From: Marsupella aquatica
Taxonomy: Eukaryota; Plantae; Marchantiophyta
Length of the DNA: 64,000 nucleotides
Direction of reading: 5' to 3'
Assembly: GCA_973895155.1 (NCBI GenBank)
Contig: OZ316891.1
Span: forward strand, 1,851,324 to 1,915,323
Shown here: positions 26,613 through 39,110 of the stretch, piece after piece
Layout: every line of letters begins with the position of its first letter
How positions within the stretch are numbered: the first letter of the stretch is position 1
Made by a program: the position numbers and the translations under genes
Notes under the pieces: generated by a model
What the model saw: only the letters and a program-made list of their open reading frames with translations
Told to the model about the DNA's origin: nothing
The model's database searches: none

Positions 26613-28087
26613 ATGGAGAAGACAACGTCTACTATGACTGTGAAGACGGGTGTGACCCAAGGAGTCGAGAACGACAAGCGCAAAGACCAGTCAGGTTATG
26701 AAATTTTAAGTCAGGAGGACATCCACCAGCGCCAGGAAGACGCGGTTTCCAGGGTCACCAGGATCCTATCATTCTCGAGGCCTGAAGCCGTTGTTCTTTT
26801 GCAACATCTCGATTGGAACGTCAGCAACGTGCTTGAGGAATGGTGTGAAGATGAGTACCGACTTCGCGAATTTACGGGGCTTGTCCAATCCCATCCACAA
26901 CAGGAAGAGGAAAGGAGATCTCTTCCAGACATGACATGCGGAATCTGCTACGAGTCGCAGAATTCAGAGCACATGAAATCGGCCGCGTCGTGTGGGCATT
27001 TCTTCTGCGACACATGCTGGACGTCATACATCCACACCGCCATTGAAGACGGCCCAGGCTGTTTGACTCCGCGCTGCGCTCATCCGTCTTGCAGCGCTGC
27101 TATAAGGGAAGACATAGTTCTATCGCTGGTCTCAGAAAACGACGGAGCCAAGTACACAAGATACCGGCTCAGAGCGTTCGTGGAAGACAGCAAAACGGCC
27201 AAGTGGTGCCCGGCTCCGGGGTGCGAGTATGCTGTGGAGTGTGAGCATCTTGCTGGCTCTAAGTCCATTGTGTGGAAGTGCTCCCACAAGTTTTGCTGGA
27301 CTTGTTTGCAGGAGGCTCACCGGCCTGCAGATTGTGAGACTGTTGCGAAGTGGGTTCTGAGATTTAGTTCAGAATCCAAAAACATGAACTGGATTCTGGT
27401 GAACTCCAAGGCTTGTCCCAAGTGTAGGCGACCAATAGAAAAGAATGACGGGTGCATCCATATGACCTGCCAGGCACCCTGCAGGTTTGAATTCTGCTGG
27501 CTCTGTCTTGGAGCTTGGACCACTCACAATGAGGAGTCGGGAGGAAACTACGCTTGTAATGGATATGATGATTCCGTGAAACAGGGTCAGCTTGATGGAG
27601 CACAAGAAAGATAAACATGGCTAATGACTTCCGTTACACGCAGTTCTGTGAACGCTGGGTTGCGAATGAATCTTCGAAGAGAAAAGCCCTTGAAGTTCTT
27701 CAGCACGTGCAGTCCATCCTCTACGACAAGCAATGCCAAACTAAGTCCGAATTGGAATTCTTGAATAAAGCATGGGTGCAGATCGTCGACTGTCTACAAC
27801 TTCTGAAGTGGACGTATGCACATCACTACTATGAACCTGACCATGATCAAATGTTGGAGTACTCGCAGGAGGCAGAAGCCGTACTGGAGAGACTCCACGA
27901 GTGCGCCCAAAAGGAGCTGCAACAATTTCTTGACGGTCAAGAGACTCAAACTAGTCTCAACGAGAACCGTAATAAACTTGTAAACTTAACGACTTTAGCA
28001 CACGAACATTTTGAGAACTTTGTACAATACGTGGAGAATGGAGCACGTGATCGAGCAGATATACGGAAAACGTTTGAACGTAGGTGA
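26613..28087 (+). pseudogene. ARIADNE-like RBR E3 ubiquitin ligase, intronless CDS, frameshift near 27610
   Basis: UBA-like region (LLQHLDWNVSNVLEEW), RING1 (CGIC...CGHFFCDTCW), IBR (KWCPAPGC), RING2 (KACPKCRRPIEKNDGCIHMTC), then the Ariadne domain in a shifted frame (27617-28087). Acceptor cttttcag lies just before ATG 26613. Confidence 0.88.
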
Positions 28088-28968
28088 CAAAAGTTTACAA
28101 AGGTGGCAGGACTCCGCAGAGAAGGAGTTCAGTACCTGGCTCTCAACGCCTATCTGTGATCGATCCGCTATAAAAGTGCCCGATGTTTTGCCAGAAGTCC
28201 ATAGCGGAGTCCAACTAATACTGGGACTTATGCACGAACGCTTGGGTTAGGAATTCCACAGCTTTGTCGACCTTGAGCTTCTCAGCTTTCACGAGCAGGC
28301 TGACGAGATGTATAGCAAACTCAAGAGGACAGCCCTATTCGGCAGCGCGCGAAAAGCTGAGCAGGATCTAGTTTAATTTGCATCCGTAGCCTTGCATCTT
28401 GTATACATGAACACCAGAGAACTGCTCCCACACTGCTTGTTGTAGGGTGCCAAACCAAATTATGGTTTAGAGTATATATGGTTAAATGGTTAAATATGAT
28501 TAGTTCTCACAGTTAGAGCCGATTCTGATGTATTTTTTTATTGTCGGTATGAACACAAATGTTCGTGCCTGAGATGATCTCTGATCAATTCGCGTAGCCA
28601 TTTTTCATCGCTTGTTATGACACTGTATCCTTGACAATCTCATGTAACTATATAAGTGAATTACCATCCAGATACTAATAAGCTCAAACTTTTTTCCGTC
28701 CTGTTTGCTATTAATTGAATACAAAATTTAGATGTCTGCTTTTGAATATTTCTCATGGCTCAAATTGCATTGATGAAAAGGAGTGGGGTGGCCACCTTTC
28801 TTGTTCGGTTAATTATCATGTTAGAGGGGAAAACACTAAATTAATGCTCTATGGAATCCTTGTATTGCAACTCACTTTTGACTAAAGTTGATCAGGCGTT
28901 TAGAGGGAGACAAATTAAAACTGATGGGGTAAATCATGCTGTTGTTGCTTTTCATATATGCAAATGCA
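27806..28968 (+). repeat. Direct segmental duplication, copy 2 (partner 1-1197)
   Basis: Collinear with the start of the window. Confidence 0.9.
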
Positions 28969-29904
28969 AAAAGCTATGCTGGTAATGTATATACATTGTG
29001 AGTAGGGCTTGACTGATTTGAGTGCAATTTTCTAGAGGTAGTCTTGAAAGAGATACAAGGGGAATTGGCAACGGAGAGAGAGAATTATTGGATATGAATA
29101 TGATACCATTTCTCACGAGCAAGCCGTCATATATAACTTTTGCCATTAACCATGGTTAAATTATGGCATAACCCAAGTTAGGAACAACTAACCTGGGAAC
29201 AAAGTATGGTTAAAAGTCATGGCTACAAGTCGACTGCACAGTTTCAGTCCTTACCCAAACAGAAATTTTCTCAATCAAAAATGATTCTTGAATGTCAAAA
29301 GCAATCCTAGTGTGCGAGTTTATATCGTGTCAATCATGTTTTACCAAATTAATCTTGGTCATCTTGCAAGTTGTGTATAGACTTTCATGTCCCCAGAAAA
29401 AAATATGGATTTCCAATAACAATAAATATGGTCACACTTTTCATTCGGTCCCACATTGCATACAATTTACGTGGACTATATGGATAGACGAACACCAAGA
29501 AAGTAATACACTATTGCTATTATGCATGATTGGACAGTGGAATGCCATGCAAAAGTACGCTGACTACTATAACATTTTGTGAGTACTCCATACTTAGAAT
29601 GATACAAGGACTATATAGGATGTATGACACAAGAATGAGCATATATGGACAAGTCTTCCTTTTCTAGACTAAGATCTCAGCCATGAATCAAAGATGGATG
29701 ACCATTCTTGACTATGGAAGACTGGCAGCCATTTTGATCAGCACTAACATTCCCCAACCTACATGGTAATGGGTACCATGATTAGTAATTATAGCAAAAT
29801 GGGGAACTCTGTAACTACATTGTTTTTGTGCAGGAAGTTTACTTAGGTCACCTAAGCAAGAGATGGGCCACACTTTTGTCCTTCCTATCTCCTGGAATAC
29901 TTTC

Positions 29905-30245
29905 CTCTGCTGCTCTTTCCAATAGACTAGAATGTAAATAAAAGCCATCCCCTGGAATGATAAGCTTCTCGACCTGGTGGTCTTCTCAATAAAAGAGATG
30001 TTTGTCTATAAGCTTGAGCTTGTTTTGAAAGATCATCATCATAAACAATAAGAGTGTGTTGTTCACGTGTGCTGTTCATGATACTTCAAGTATTTCGCAA
30101 GCGCTGCTCCTGTATAAGGAGCAAGATATTGTAATGTAGCAGGAGAATTTGCAGTTTCTGCAACGACTATTGTATGTTCGAGAGCACCGCATTCTTCAAA
30201 AGTATTCACTACTTGTCCCACCAATGATTTTTTTGCCCAATAGCC
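29905..30245 (-). pseudogene. atpA: Degenerate plastid atpA fragment (second, older NUPT)
   Basis: [26 protein letters not shown]...[30 protein letters not shown]...FYLHS.LLERAA. Wording is plastid-type rather than mitochondrial. Contains indels and stops. Confidence 0.85.
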
Positions 30246-33012
30246 ACATACACACATATTGGAGTACAAAGGTTGGTCACGCCTCTGAATTTAATCACAG
30301 TAATATTCATTCCATACTCACAACGTCCCATATATGGGTATTATCTGGAAATTCTTTTAATAGGAATAATAAATTACCAATTTTGTTTCATGAATATCGA
30401 GATAAAATCCATTCTACAAAAATCATTGTGAAAGAAAACAATACTTTTTATTATTTGGGGAATAAAAACCAAATAATAATTGTATCTCGAATTGCTGGAC
30501 ACCCAATGCACCTTGTTTATTATCACATCCTGAAAACTAGATTCTAGGCTGAAAGTAGACTTACACTGGATTTTGTGGTACCGCCCCCCCCCCCCCCTAC
30601 ACCCCCCCAAGAAGCTCCTCTACTTCAACAGAGTGTAGAAGCTAGATTTTAGGCTAAAAGTTCTCCGGAGGGCTTGGTGTGGCGTTGCAGTGAGCACGTT
30701 CTTGTGAAGCCCCTAAGAAGAATTAGAAGAAACACCTACAATACTTGTCTAGTGCCTCCTACAACTATTGTACAGATTTTAGTAGATTACAGGCCTAGGT
30801 AACTATGTAATCTGACTGACAAAGAGGTCCAATGGCGGTGTGGCTGCCTTTAAAAGAGGCCACAACTTGGCACATGGGTGTGAAACTTTTTGAAGATTTT
30901 CCAAGCCCTTAACTGGGTGAATTTGGGGGAGGCCAATATCTAAGGGCCCACTTGCATGTAGTCGGTCCTTCAGAATGCGGCCTTCACACTTGCCTAACGT
31001 TAGCGCATAAGCACGATCTTGTTGATGCAGTCGATCCTACCCACTCCAACATGCAGTCCAGCCTTTCGACCCCGTGTCCCTGCTGTGTCGTTATGTGCAC
31101 ACGGTATACAGGGAAGATTGACAGGATGAGGCTCTGCAAACCGAGTGAACCTGTAAATCGATATGTGCGACGACTGAACCCTGCAAAAGTGCCGAAAGCA
31201 AAAACACAATGACGACTGAACCCTGCAAACTTCTCAAATAATTTTCAGCTTCCAAATTCGATCATGTCTGATTTCGACTGTGCACCCCCCCCCGTGCGGT
31301 TGATCTTGGCTGTGCGCTCCAAGACTTTCGAGCTGCTTGACGACATCTTTTTCTCTTTCGATTTTCATTCAGTGAAAGACTTGGACAGTCCCTGGACATA
31401 CCGGAAGATTCCTCCATAGCTTGTCGCGATGTATTCCACCAACGCCAAATAGAGGACGATGCTTGGGAGCGATGGCCGATGCCACAAACTTCACCCGAGG
31501 AAAATAATTGTGGCCTTGTGCAACACCGTTTTCAGCAAGGAAGGCTTATTGGTTGTGCGGAGAAATCCCATCGGGGGACGTTGAATGAGATTGTGGAGAG
31601 TACATAGCCATGAGAAATCTCACGAGGACAAAGATTGTGAAGAGGACATGGCCGGCTCCTGGACTGGAGGATAGAAAGTGTCGATCCTAGCCTAAACACA
31701 GACATTCTATTCTACACAGACATCCGATGAACGATTCCATGTCCTCTGTTTGGTCTTCGATTTTTCTATGAATTGGCCTCAATATTGAGCAATGTCGATT
31801 GTTGCTCTCGGGAAGTAGAGATTGTTGGATTGGGTAATCGGTGGGGACCTGCATTGCATTGCATAGAAGAGGAAGCAGCTGCTGCTTACTTGACTGTCGC
31901 CGTATCAAGTCCTGTACTGCTGCCAAAGGACTCTCGTTGTGCTCAAGGTCAGTGTAGCGTGAAAAATAGATGTTCACACGAAGTGCCTTGAGTATTTTAC
32001 TTGTATTCATCACAAAACTGAAATTTTGTTTGTTTTGTATCTATTGGACATAAGAGTGATTGCTACAAATGGCTATGTCCAATTTATGTTTTATGCATGA
32101 CACCATGCCATCTTAATATGCTATAACAAATTCATCTATTTTATATCCGTATGATGTCTATGCAATGCTGAAAGTTTATTTAATTACATTATGAAACATA
32201 TATACTTTTGATGTAGATTTGCTATTGACATTTTAATTTATTTGATATAAACCTTATGTTCCATCTATAATTGGTGTGTAAACTACACATATATAACTGT
32301 CATAAATTTTTGACCAAATAAGCTTAAAAAACTTTTGAATTCAAAAACTTTGGAGGAAATATTTAACCAAAATAAGCAGTGAAAGATTTCCACAAAATTT
32401 TCATAGATGTTAAAGTAAGGAGAAAGGGAAAACTTTATTTCAATAAACTTTGTTCCTCTAAACTACATAGTATTTCCCAGAGTAGTGCTTTGTCAGCCAG
32501 TTTTGTTTGACTGTTTCTAGAGATAACCTAATGCCATTAAAGTGTCAACATGTGAGAACCACAGCCGGTTGGAGACAGTCACCAGTGGTAACCTTAGTGG
32601 TAACCTTTGAAAGACCTCACTGCCAGAACATATTTGCAACTAACTACCCTTTTGCTCAGTCTGAAGACAAAAAATTGTCAGCTGGTACAGGCCGCTCCAT
32701 AGAAACCTCAACATGAGCATATTCATCTATTCGAAGGCCAACAGCAAAAGCTGTTGCGCGGCTCTTTCCTATCTCTTGCACAGAAAGAGGACTGGCCTTG
32801 AGTTGCTTCTTGACGCTAACTCCATCCTGTGAACCCAACAATTATGTGAGAAAAGCAAATCACACATGAAGACTCAATTACCTCTCCTGTCAAATGAATC
32901 CAGATCAAAAATTATCAACAGCATACACCTGGCAGGCTGACTCAAAACACAAATAAACAGAAGCGATATATAAAGGCTACAAGATATAGTACCTGCATTG
33001 CATGGTCCACCA

Positions 33013-36000
33013 TTAAAGTTTGAATCTGTTTTCAAAATATGTGCCAACTTGAGCAAAATTAGGGACACAATGAATCACTTTAGCAATGTTTGCTACCTCC
33101 ACAACAATATAAGGCACTTTGGATCTTTTGTAAAGTGCTTTTCTGCTTGTAGAGGCTGTCGTGCCTTCATCAACCCACTGGAGCTTTGTGCAGTGCAATA
33201 ACTTCCAATCTCCATCCCTTGGCAGCTTCTCCATCATTCTAACAAATGCTAGATGCTTCATGATCTTCTTGCCACCCTCATCAATGACTTCACAAGAAAT
33301 CAGCAACCTCAGTTGACCATAAGATGTTACAGGATCAATGCCAGCTTCTTCCATCTGAAGAGAGACGAATCCAAACCATTCTTTACCATGGAAACTTCTG
33401 CAGGCACGGGTGTACATTGGCCAATCTCCAAATCGAATGCCTTCCCCAGCAGGCACTGCTAAGCTTTTCCAAATTTGTATTATCTCAGGAACTGCACAGT
33501 TCTCATCATTCAAGTGCATAACAAAGGCTTCTCTCAGGTGCAGTTGTATTTCTGGTTGACACTGAAATAGTTCACTCACTTCTACAGGCACAAAGTCATT
33601 GTTACTTGCATCAAGCCAACTCAATGTCAACCTTATATCCTTTCCAGATAGGGTGATCTGTCCTGTCAATACAGCCTGCACATATCAAATCATAAAGCAC
33701 ATGCATAAGTGCCTACAAGACATCCTTTGTAAAGTGACATGTGTTGCTACACAGAAAGTACAAACTGAAAGTGTAGCAGAAGTGGGAGGGAGGTAAGGGG
33801 AATAGTACTCGGTCCAGTGCAGTAACATCTTCTGCGTGCACTCTTAAGTCTTCTTGATAGCTTGCTTCGTCTAGTAAAATTCTAGTCCTCTGGCTATGCC
33901 TTGCTATTTGCCCCATGAAATTCCTCTTGTTGCTATGTCTGTATGGAACCTTCATGAGGGCAATGTGAAGATGTTCGAATATACCTGTGTCATATTCTAA
34001 AGGCAACCCACATCGTTTGATACAATCTTTCAGGTGACTCATGGCATGGACTTTTACAATGTTGAAACTTGACTTCTGCCAAGTTTTAGCGTGTTTTATC
34101 ATCGATCCTACTGCTTTTTTCATTAACTGATCCATTTGATTCAAGGACCTCTCAGAATGTTGTTTACTCTGGAATGCTAGCAAATACCAATCTATGAAGT
34201 CCACAAAAACCTCAATGAGCGGATTTGGAATGACGCCAAGCAAACAAAATACCACAACCTGCATAACAAATTTATGCTCGAATCCATGAAAGTTAGCATT
34301 GCTTTGAAAGTAACCACTTTGGTTACTCCCAGGCAATCTAAAGGAAGCATAACGACATTCCTTGTGTATTTTCTGGAGTCTTCTATCAAGTTCTTGCATA
34401 GGTTTTTTCACAAGGCTCTGGGAAGCAGCAGCCGATCTCACAATGCCCACTAGAGTCTTGAATACACCTAGTATGGACTGATGAAGACCGTCTAATTGTA
34501 TGCATTGATAGGGATTTCCATACAGCAAATCACCTCCACAAAATCCCCATAGAGCACACTGCAAGACATCACAAGAAAAAAAATCACTCACAGTTGACAG
34601 AAAGAGAAGAATAACTGAACACATTCAAAACTCCCTTTGCACAATCAATGCTCATCTCAGTAAGAAGTGCTTACCTGTACTGGATAAATCGACTGCTCCT
34701 TAGACATCTGTTTCTGATCTTGCACAGAAGACTGTCGCATCTCTTCTAAGATTGCTTCCATTCCCTTCTCATCCCTGTAAGAAAATCTTCTTGCAACATT
34801 GCTGAGGGATTCTTTTGGACAGAAACAACAACTGCATGGATAATTTGACTTGTTTGTATCAAATGTGCATGTGATTCTACTCCCCTCTGTCTGGTCACAG
34901 ATATACAGACATAGTCTTGGAAAGACCCACTGGGATTGACCAAATGGGTCTTTCATGTGAACTCCTGTATGACTTGCCGCCTTCAATGGTGCCAAAACAA
35001 TCTCCTCACATTTGTGAAACAGTTCCAATTTGGCTGTACTAGGAACCTCTGTCTCCAATATACCTACAGCAAAGAAATTAGTGTAAGTATTTCAAAATGA
35101 ATATAAAGGTTGTAAGTGTTGGACTTTTTAACATCCTGGGAATATCTACACAGACAAAGAGCAGTCAAATTCAACTGGAGGGGAATAATTGCAGTTTAAA
35201 TCTCACCTGGATCATTCGGACCAATAACAGGAAGAATAGCCAGCAAAGCGTGACCTTCTGGCAAACTTCTAAGACTGCAATTAATATTGCCAATTGTCAT
35301 GACTAAAGGCCAACCCTGAGTTCTCTTGTTGTGAGACAAGGCAGTCTGATCAGAATACAAAATGATGGGTGCAATCACTCCTCCTTTGCAAGTAGATTCA
35401 ACGTCTTGCTCCATTTCCCTCCACCACTCAGCGGATTGCAAAGTAGTGTACAATCTCTCACTGCCCTTTATAGCAACTGAAGAGTGAAGTGCAAACTCTT
35501 CTTTATTTTTAGGAGAAGAAAATAGATCTTCCAAAACACGTAATGGATCACGATGCAACAAATGAACTGGAGCACTTTCAGTCTCCTCGCGGACTTCAAC
35601 CTTTTCCCAATTTTGGTCACCCCTCTCACTTGTTAAACTTTCCTCATATTTACAAACCTCAGCAGCAGTATGAACCTGGACTTTTTTGGTATCGAATTGA
35701 GGGTGGTGCAGCAGCCGAAATAATCTGTTCATATCTTTGTGAGATAATCCTCCTCCGTTGTGGCATTGTCTCATAAAGAAGACAAGTTGAAAAGTAACAT
35801 CAAATTTTTTATTACATTGGGCAGGAGATGTGAATTCATTCTCAAACAGGTCCATGAATTCCTCAGAGGACTGCTCTCCAACTGTCTCAACATTGGCCTG
35901 TATAGATTCCGGTATACATGTGTTCCCAACGTTTACACTCGTACGAAACCCTTCGTGCTCTGCCTCCATCACATGATCAGTCTGTTTAGCCCTTTGCACA

Positions 36001-36110
36001 GCTCTCTGTTTAGCTAAGCAAAGTCCATTTCGTCCTTGGTGGGTCCGCAAAGCTGTATAATCCAGAAATCCCAAAGCTCCACAAAAATTACACTTAAAGT
36101 TTGAAGCCAT
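33013..36110 (-). CDS. Plavaka-type (CACTA/Mirage/Chapaev-related) transposase, 4 exons, about 901 aa, apparently intact
   Basis: Exons 36110-35207, 35063-34675, 34558-33809 and 33675-33013, with GT-AG introns joining in frame (2706 nt). Motifs: N-terminal CxxC...H...C finger, PIILYSDQT, GWPLVMTIGNI, CDQTE, CSCC, DGLHQSILGVFK, FNIVKVHAMSH...FEHLHI..K.PYRHSNKRN. Confidence 0.82.
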
Positions 36111-38839
36111 CAAAAATCCTGTTGTCCCTACACAGTATAAAATCAATAGTGTATTAAAACCACTACTCTGCACATCGATACTTATTGTTGATTACATTCA
36201 TTTGAAGCTCATAAAATATTCATGGCTCTCTTTCACCAAGACTTCCTTTTTCTAAATTTCTTCTGACCTTCCACTATTGAGTAACTACTTTTGTTGAACT
36301 GAGAAACTGCTGCTGTTGAACTGAATACAAAATTGGAAATTTTTCAATGAATTACTTAGGGAGTCACCTTAAGTCACCTGATGATGCACCTGAGTCCGCG
36401 ATGTGACTAATTATAGACCAATCCTTTGGTTGCACTAATAAATCACATCACATACCCACCTTCTGATGTCCGCCTCTGCAGAAAAAGCAACGTCTATCTG
36501 TCACTAATTGAACAGTGTCATACATTGCACGGAAGCAAATTGGCCATCGGTATCATGCACGAGTGTTGTTCTCGCTGTTGTGTTGATGTAGTAGCGTTAC
36601 TTCTCGCTGTGCTCACTCTTTGGAAGCGCTCGTTGGATTAGTCAATTTGTTCGCACCTACAGTAGGACGCATAGTTATGTGCAATAGCATTGGTGCAGTA
36701 GCGGTGTCTCTCGCTGAGTATGCAGTAGCGTTACCTGTCATTGTGCTCACTATTTGGGAGCCCTCGTTTCATTCATCAATTCGTTCGCAACTGCAGGTTG
36801 TTAAAGCTCCGCGCAATCTGAGCTCTATTAAACACTCTGTCTTGTTCTCAAGTCGTTTGCAACCAGGTCAAAGCATTTTCGCAAGCTCCCGGAAATAAAT
36901 CTTAGCTATTCGACTACACGCTCTCTCGTTTTGTTCGCTACTACATCTAATTGAAGCATTCTATCAAGGCGAAGCACAAAAATCGGAACTCCCGGCTATC
37001 ATGGCAATTGAAAAAGGTAAGAATCTCGCCCGGTTTCTTCCCTATCCCGTGTGATTTCTCCCTGCGGACGGACGGACAACAATTTTGCCGTAGGATCTGA
37101 CGTCCGGCTCTTGCCCATAGCGTCTCCTTTTGACTTGGGCTCCTAGTCAGATACTTCATCTTGACCTCTCCTTGACGTGCTCTAACCTGTCATCGAGCTC
37201 CTAGAGAAAAAGGAGATATATCGATGTTCCAATTATAAGCAGCCCGTACCATGCAGTGGTCCACAAACTTGTGAAGAATTCAGGGAGTTTGCCACCAAAT
37301 TCGATCCACTTACCTTCACATTAAAATATTCTAAACCCTTTCCTAACCTTGTCTCTTCGTCGATTTTCACTCGACCGCTTGACTCGAGACCTGTGCAAAA
37401 TTGCAAACTGGAGCTCGGCCCTCCCGTAGCAACATTTCTCTCTCGCTTGCAGCTTCCGCATCCCTTGCACTCGAAAAGAATATTATTACTTATTGAACGC
37501 GCTTGCATCTCCTCGACCTCTCTTGCTTTGAGGGAAAGCCCTTTGCCACCCTAGTGAGAAAGAAATCTGCAGCATATATCCTCTGCTGGTACCGCTTGCA
37601 GTACCAGCATCTTGCATCTCCTCGACCTCTGCGCTTGCATCTCCTCGACCTCTGCCATACTTGTCGATTCCAAGTTCGGCGGCCGAAGGGAGACCGACTG
37701 GCACCACTCTAGGTCTGTCCGTTCCGTTCAGAATGCCGGAACCTCGATCTCATCACCTTGCTTGCAAAACCAAATGCAATGTCTGAGCAACCGCGAGTCA
37801 ACTCACTAGGTGAACCCGCCTGTGAGCAATGCCGGCACCTCTCACTCACTCCCTGGTATAAGATTTAGCAGGGATCTTCCTCTCAATCGGTTGCATCCCA
37901 CTACCCTGAGGACCCCGAAATATTGCTTCATCGCATAGACTCTCTCGTCGGGAATTGTCTCTCTTACCACTACCGTGCGGTACACTCTCGTCCATTCTCG
38001 TTACTGCCGCAAGCATCGCGTCACTCATTTCCTCCTTTCTATCGGACGTTCCGTGTCCTATGGATGTTGACAGTCAAGGGTTAAATTACCTGACGGCGAG
38101 GAGCCCATCGGATGCTAGAGTAGAGCATTGCATATTGGACACTCGTTGGCATTTTGGCGCAGGACTCCAGAGAATCCATCCATTCCATCATCCGCTCGCT
38201 CTCCTTTCTTTCGGTAGCCTTAAACCTGAGTGACCTTCGAATTCTAGAGGACTGTATCACTGCAAGACGGCTCTGACGCCCGCACTCCCTCCACCAGCAA
38301 GAGGTTAAAATTTTCCAAGCTAATACTAGACACCGCTAGTCTCGAAAAGTGTCATGTCTGCAACGTGAACTGTGCAGTCCAGCCGACCAATTTGTCCACT
38401 TCTGTGTCTCTATCGGTCTCTCTCCCTCTCTCCTCAGTCTATTTCCTTTCCTCGGAAGCTAGCTCGCATTGTCCAAGCCCCTCTCTTATTCGAAAGCGAG
38501 GCATCAAAGCCACCTACTTGGAGCTAGGGAGGGAGAGGGACTTGAACTGTAAGTGAATCAATCAACTAATCAATCAGTCCAATCAACATTCTGAAAGTGA
38601 GGATATTCACCTGCTACATTCCGTGATTCGTAGCTGAACAGGACTTAACGATGGCTGAAATCTTCTCTAGCTCTTACTCTCAATATCTTGTCTCAATATC
38701 TTCTCTACAATGCAGCATAGAGTAGTATTCAATAATGCCCTCTTTGCTAATATGGGATAATGCCTTCTAAAGAGGACTCACTTTGGTATACAAAAAGAAC
38801 TAAAAATCATACAAAGGCGCGAAAGACAAACGAGGACTA

Positions 38840-39110
38840 AATCAGAATGTGTGCAAGGGACTTCCCACACATGCCAATGAGAATCTGAGGCCCCTTGGCC
38901 AAAACTACTATGGTATCGGCCAACAGCATCGAGAACTTTCTTGTCGTTGGATCCACCACCTCTTGGAACCCAAGCACGACATTGAACACCATGCCCGCTT
39001 TCAGCAGGACTCCATCATTGCTCACAGACAATGTCATGTTCGATTCGTTGAACTCGATTCCAATCCCGTGCCCAGCATCTCGCGTCAGATGTGGAAGAAA
39101 CTGGCCCTTT
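38840..39110 (-). pseudogene. FACT subunit SPT16 peptidase-M24-like domain fragment
   Basis: LTRDAGHGIGIEFNES...LKAGMVFNVVLGFQ...KFSMLLADTIVV matches the SPT16 pattern G.GIG.EFRES...FNVSLGFQ...FSLLLADT. Isolated fragment. Confidence 0.75.

Noticed and set aside
31260-31980. Coding-like + strand stretch near the Plavaka gene, a possible TET/JBP-type cargo
   Set aside because: Multiple stops, and no HxD...H dioxygenase pattern could be supported.
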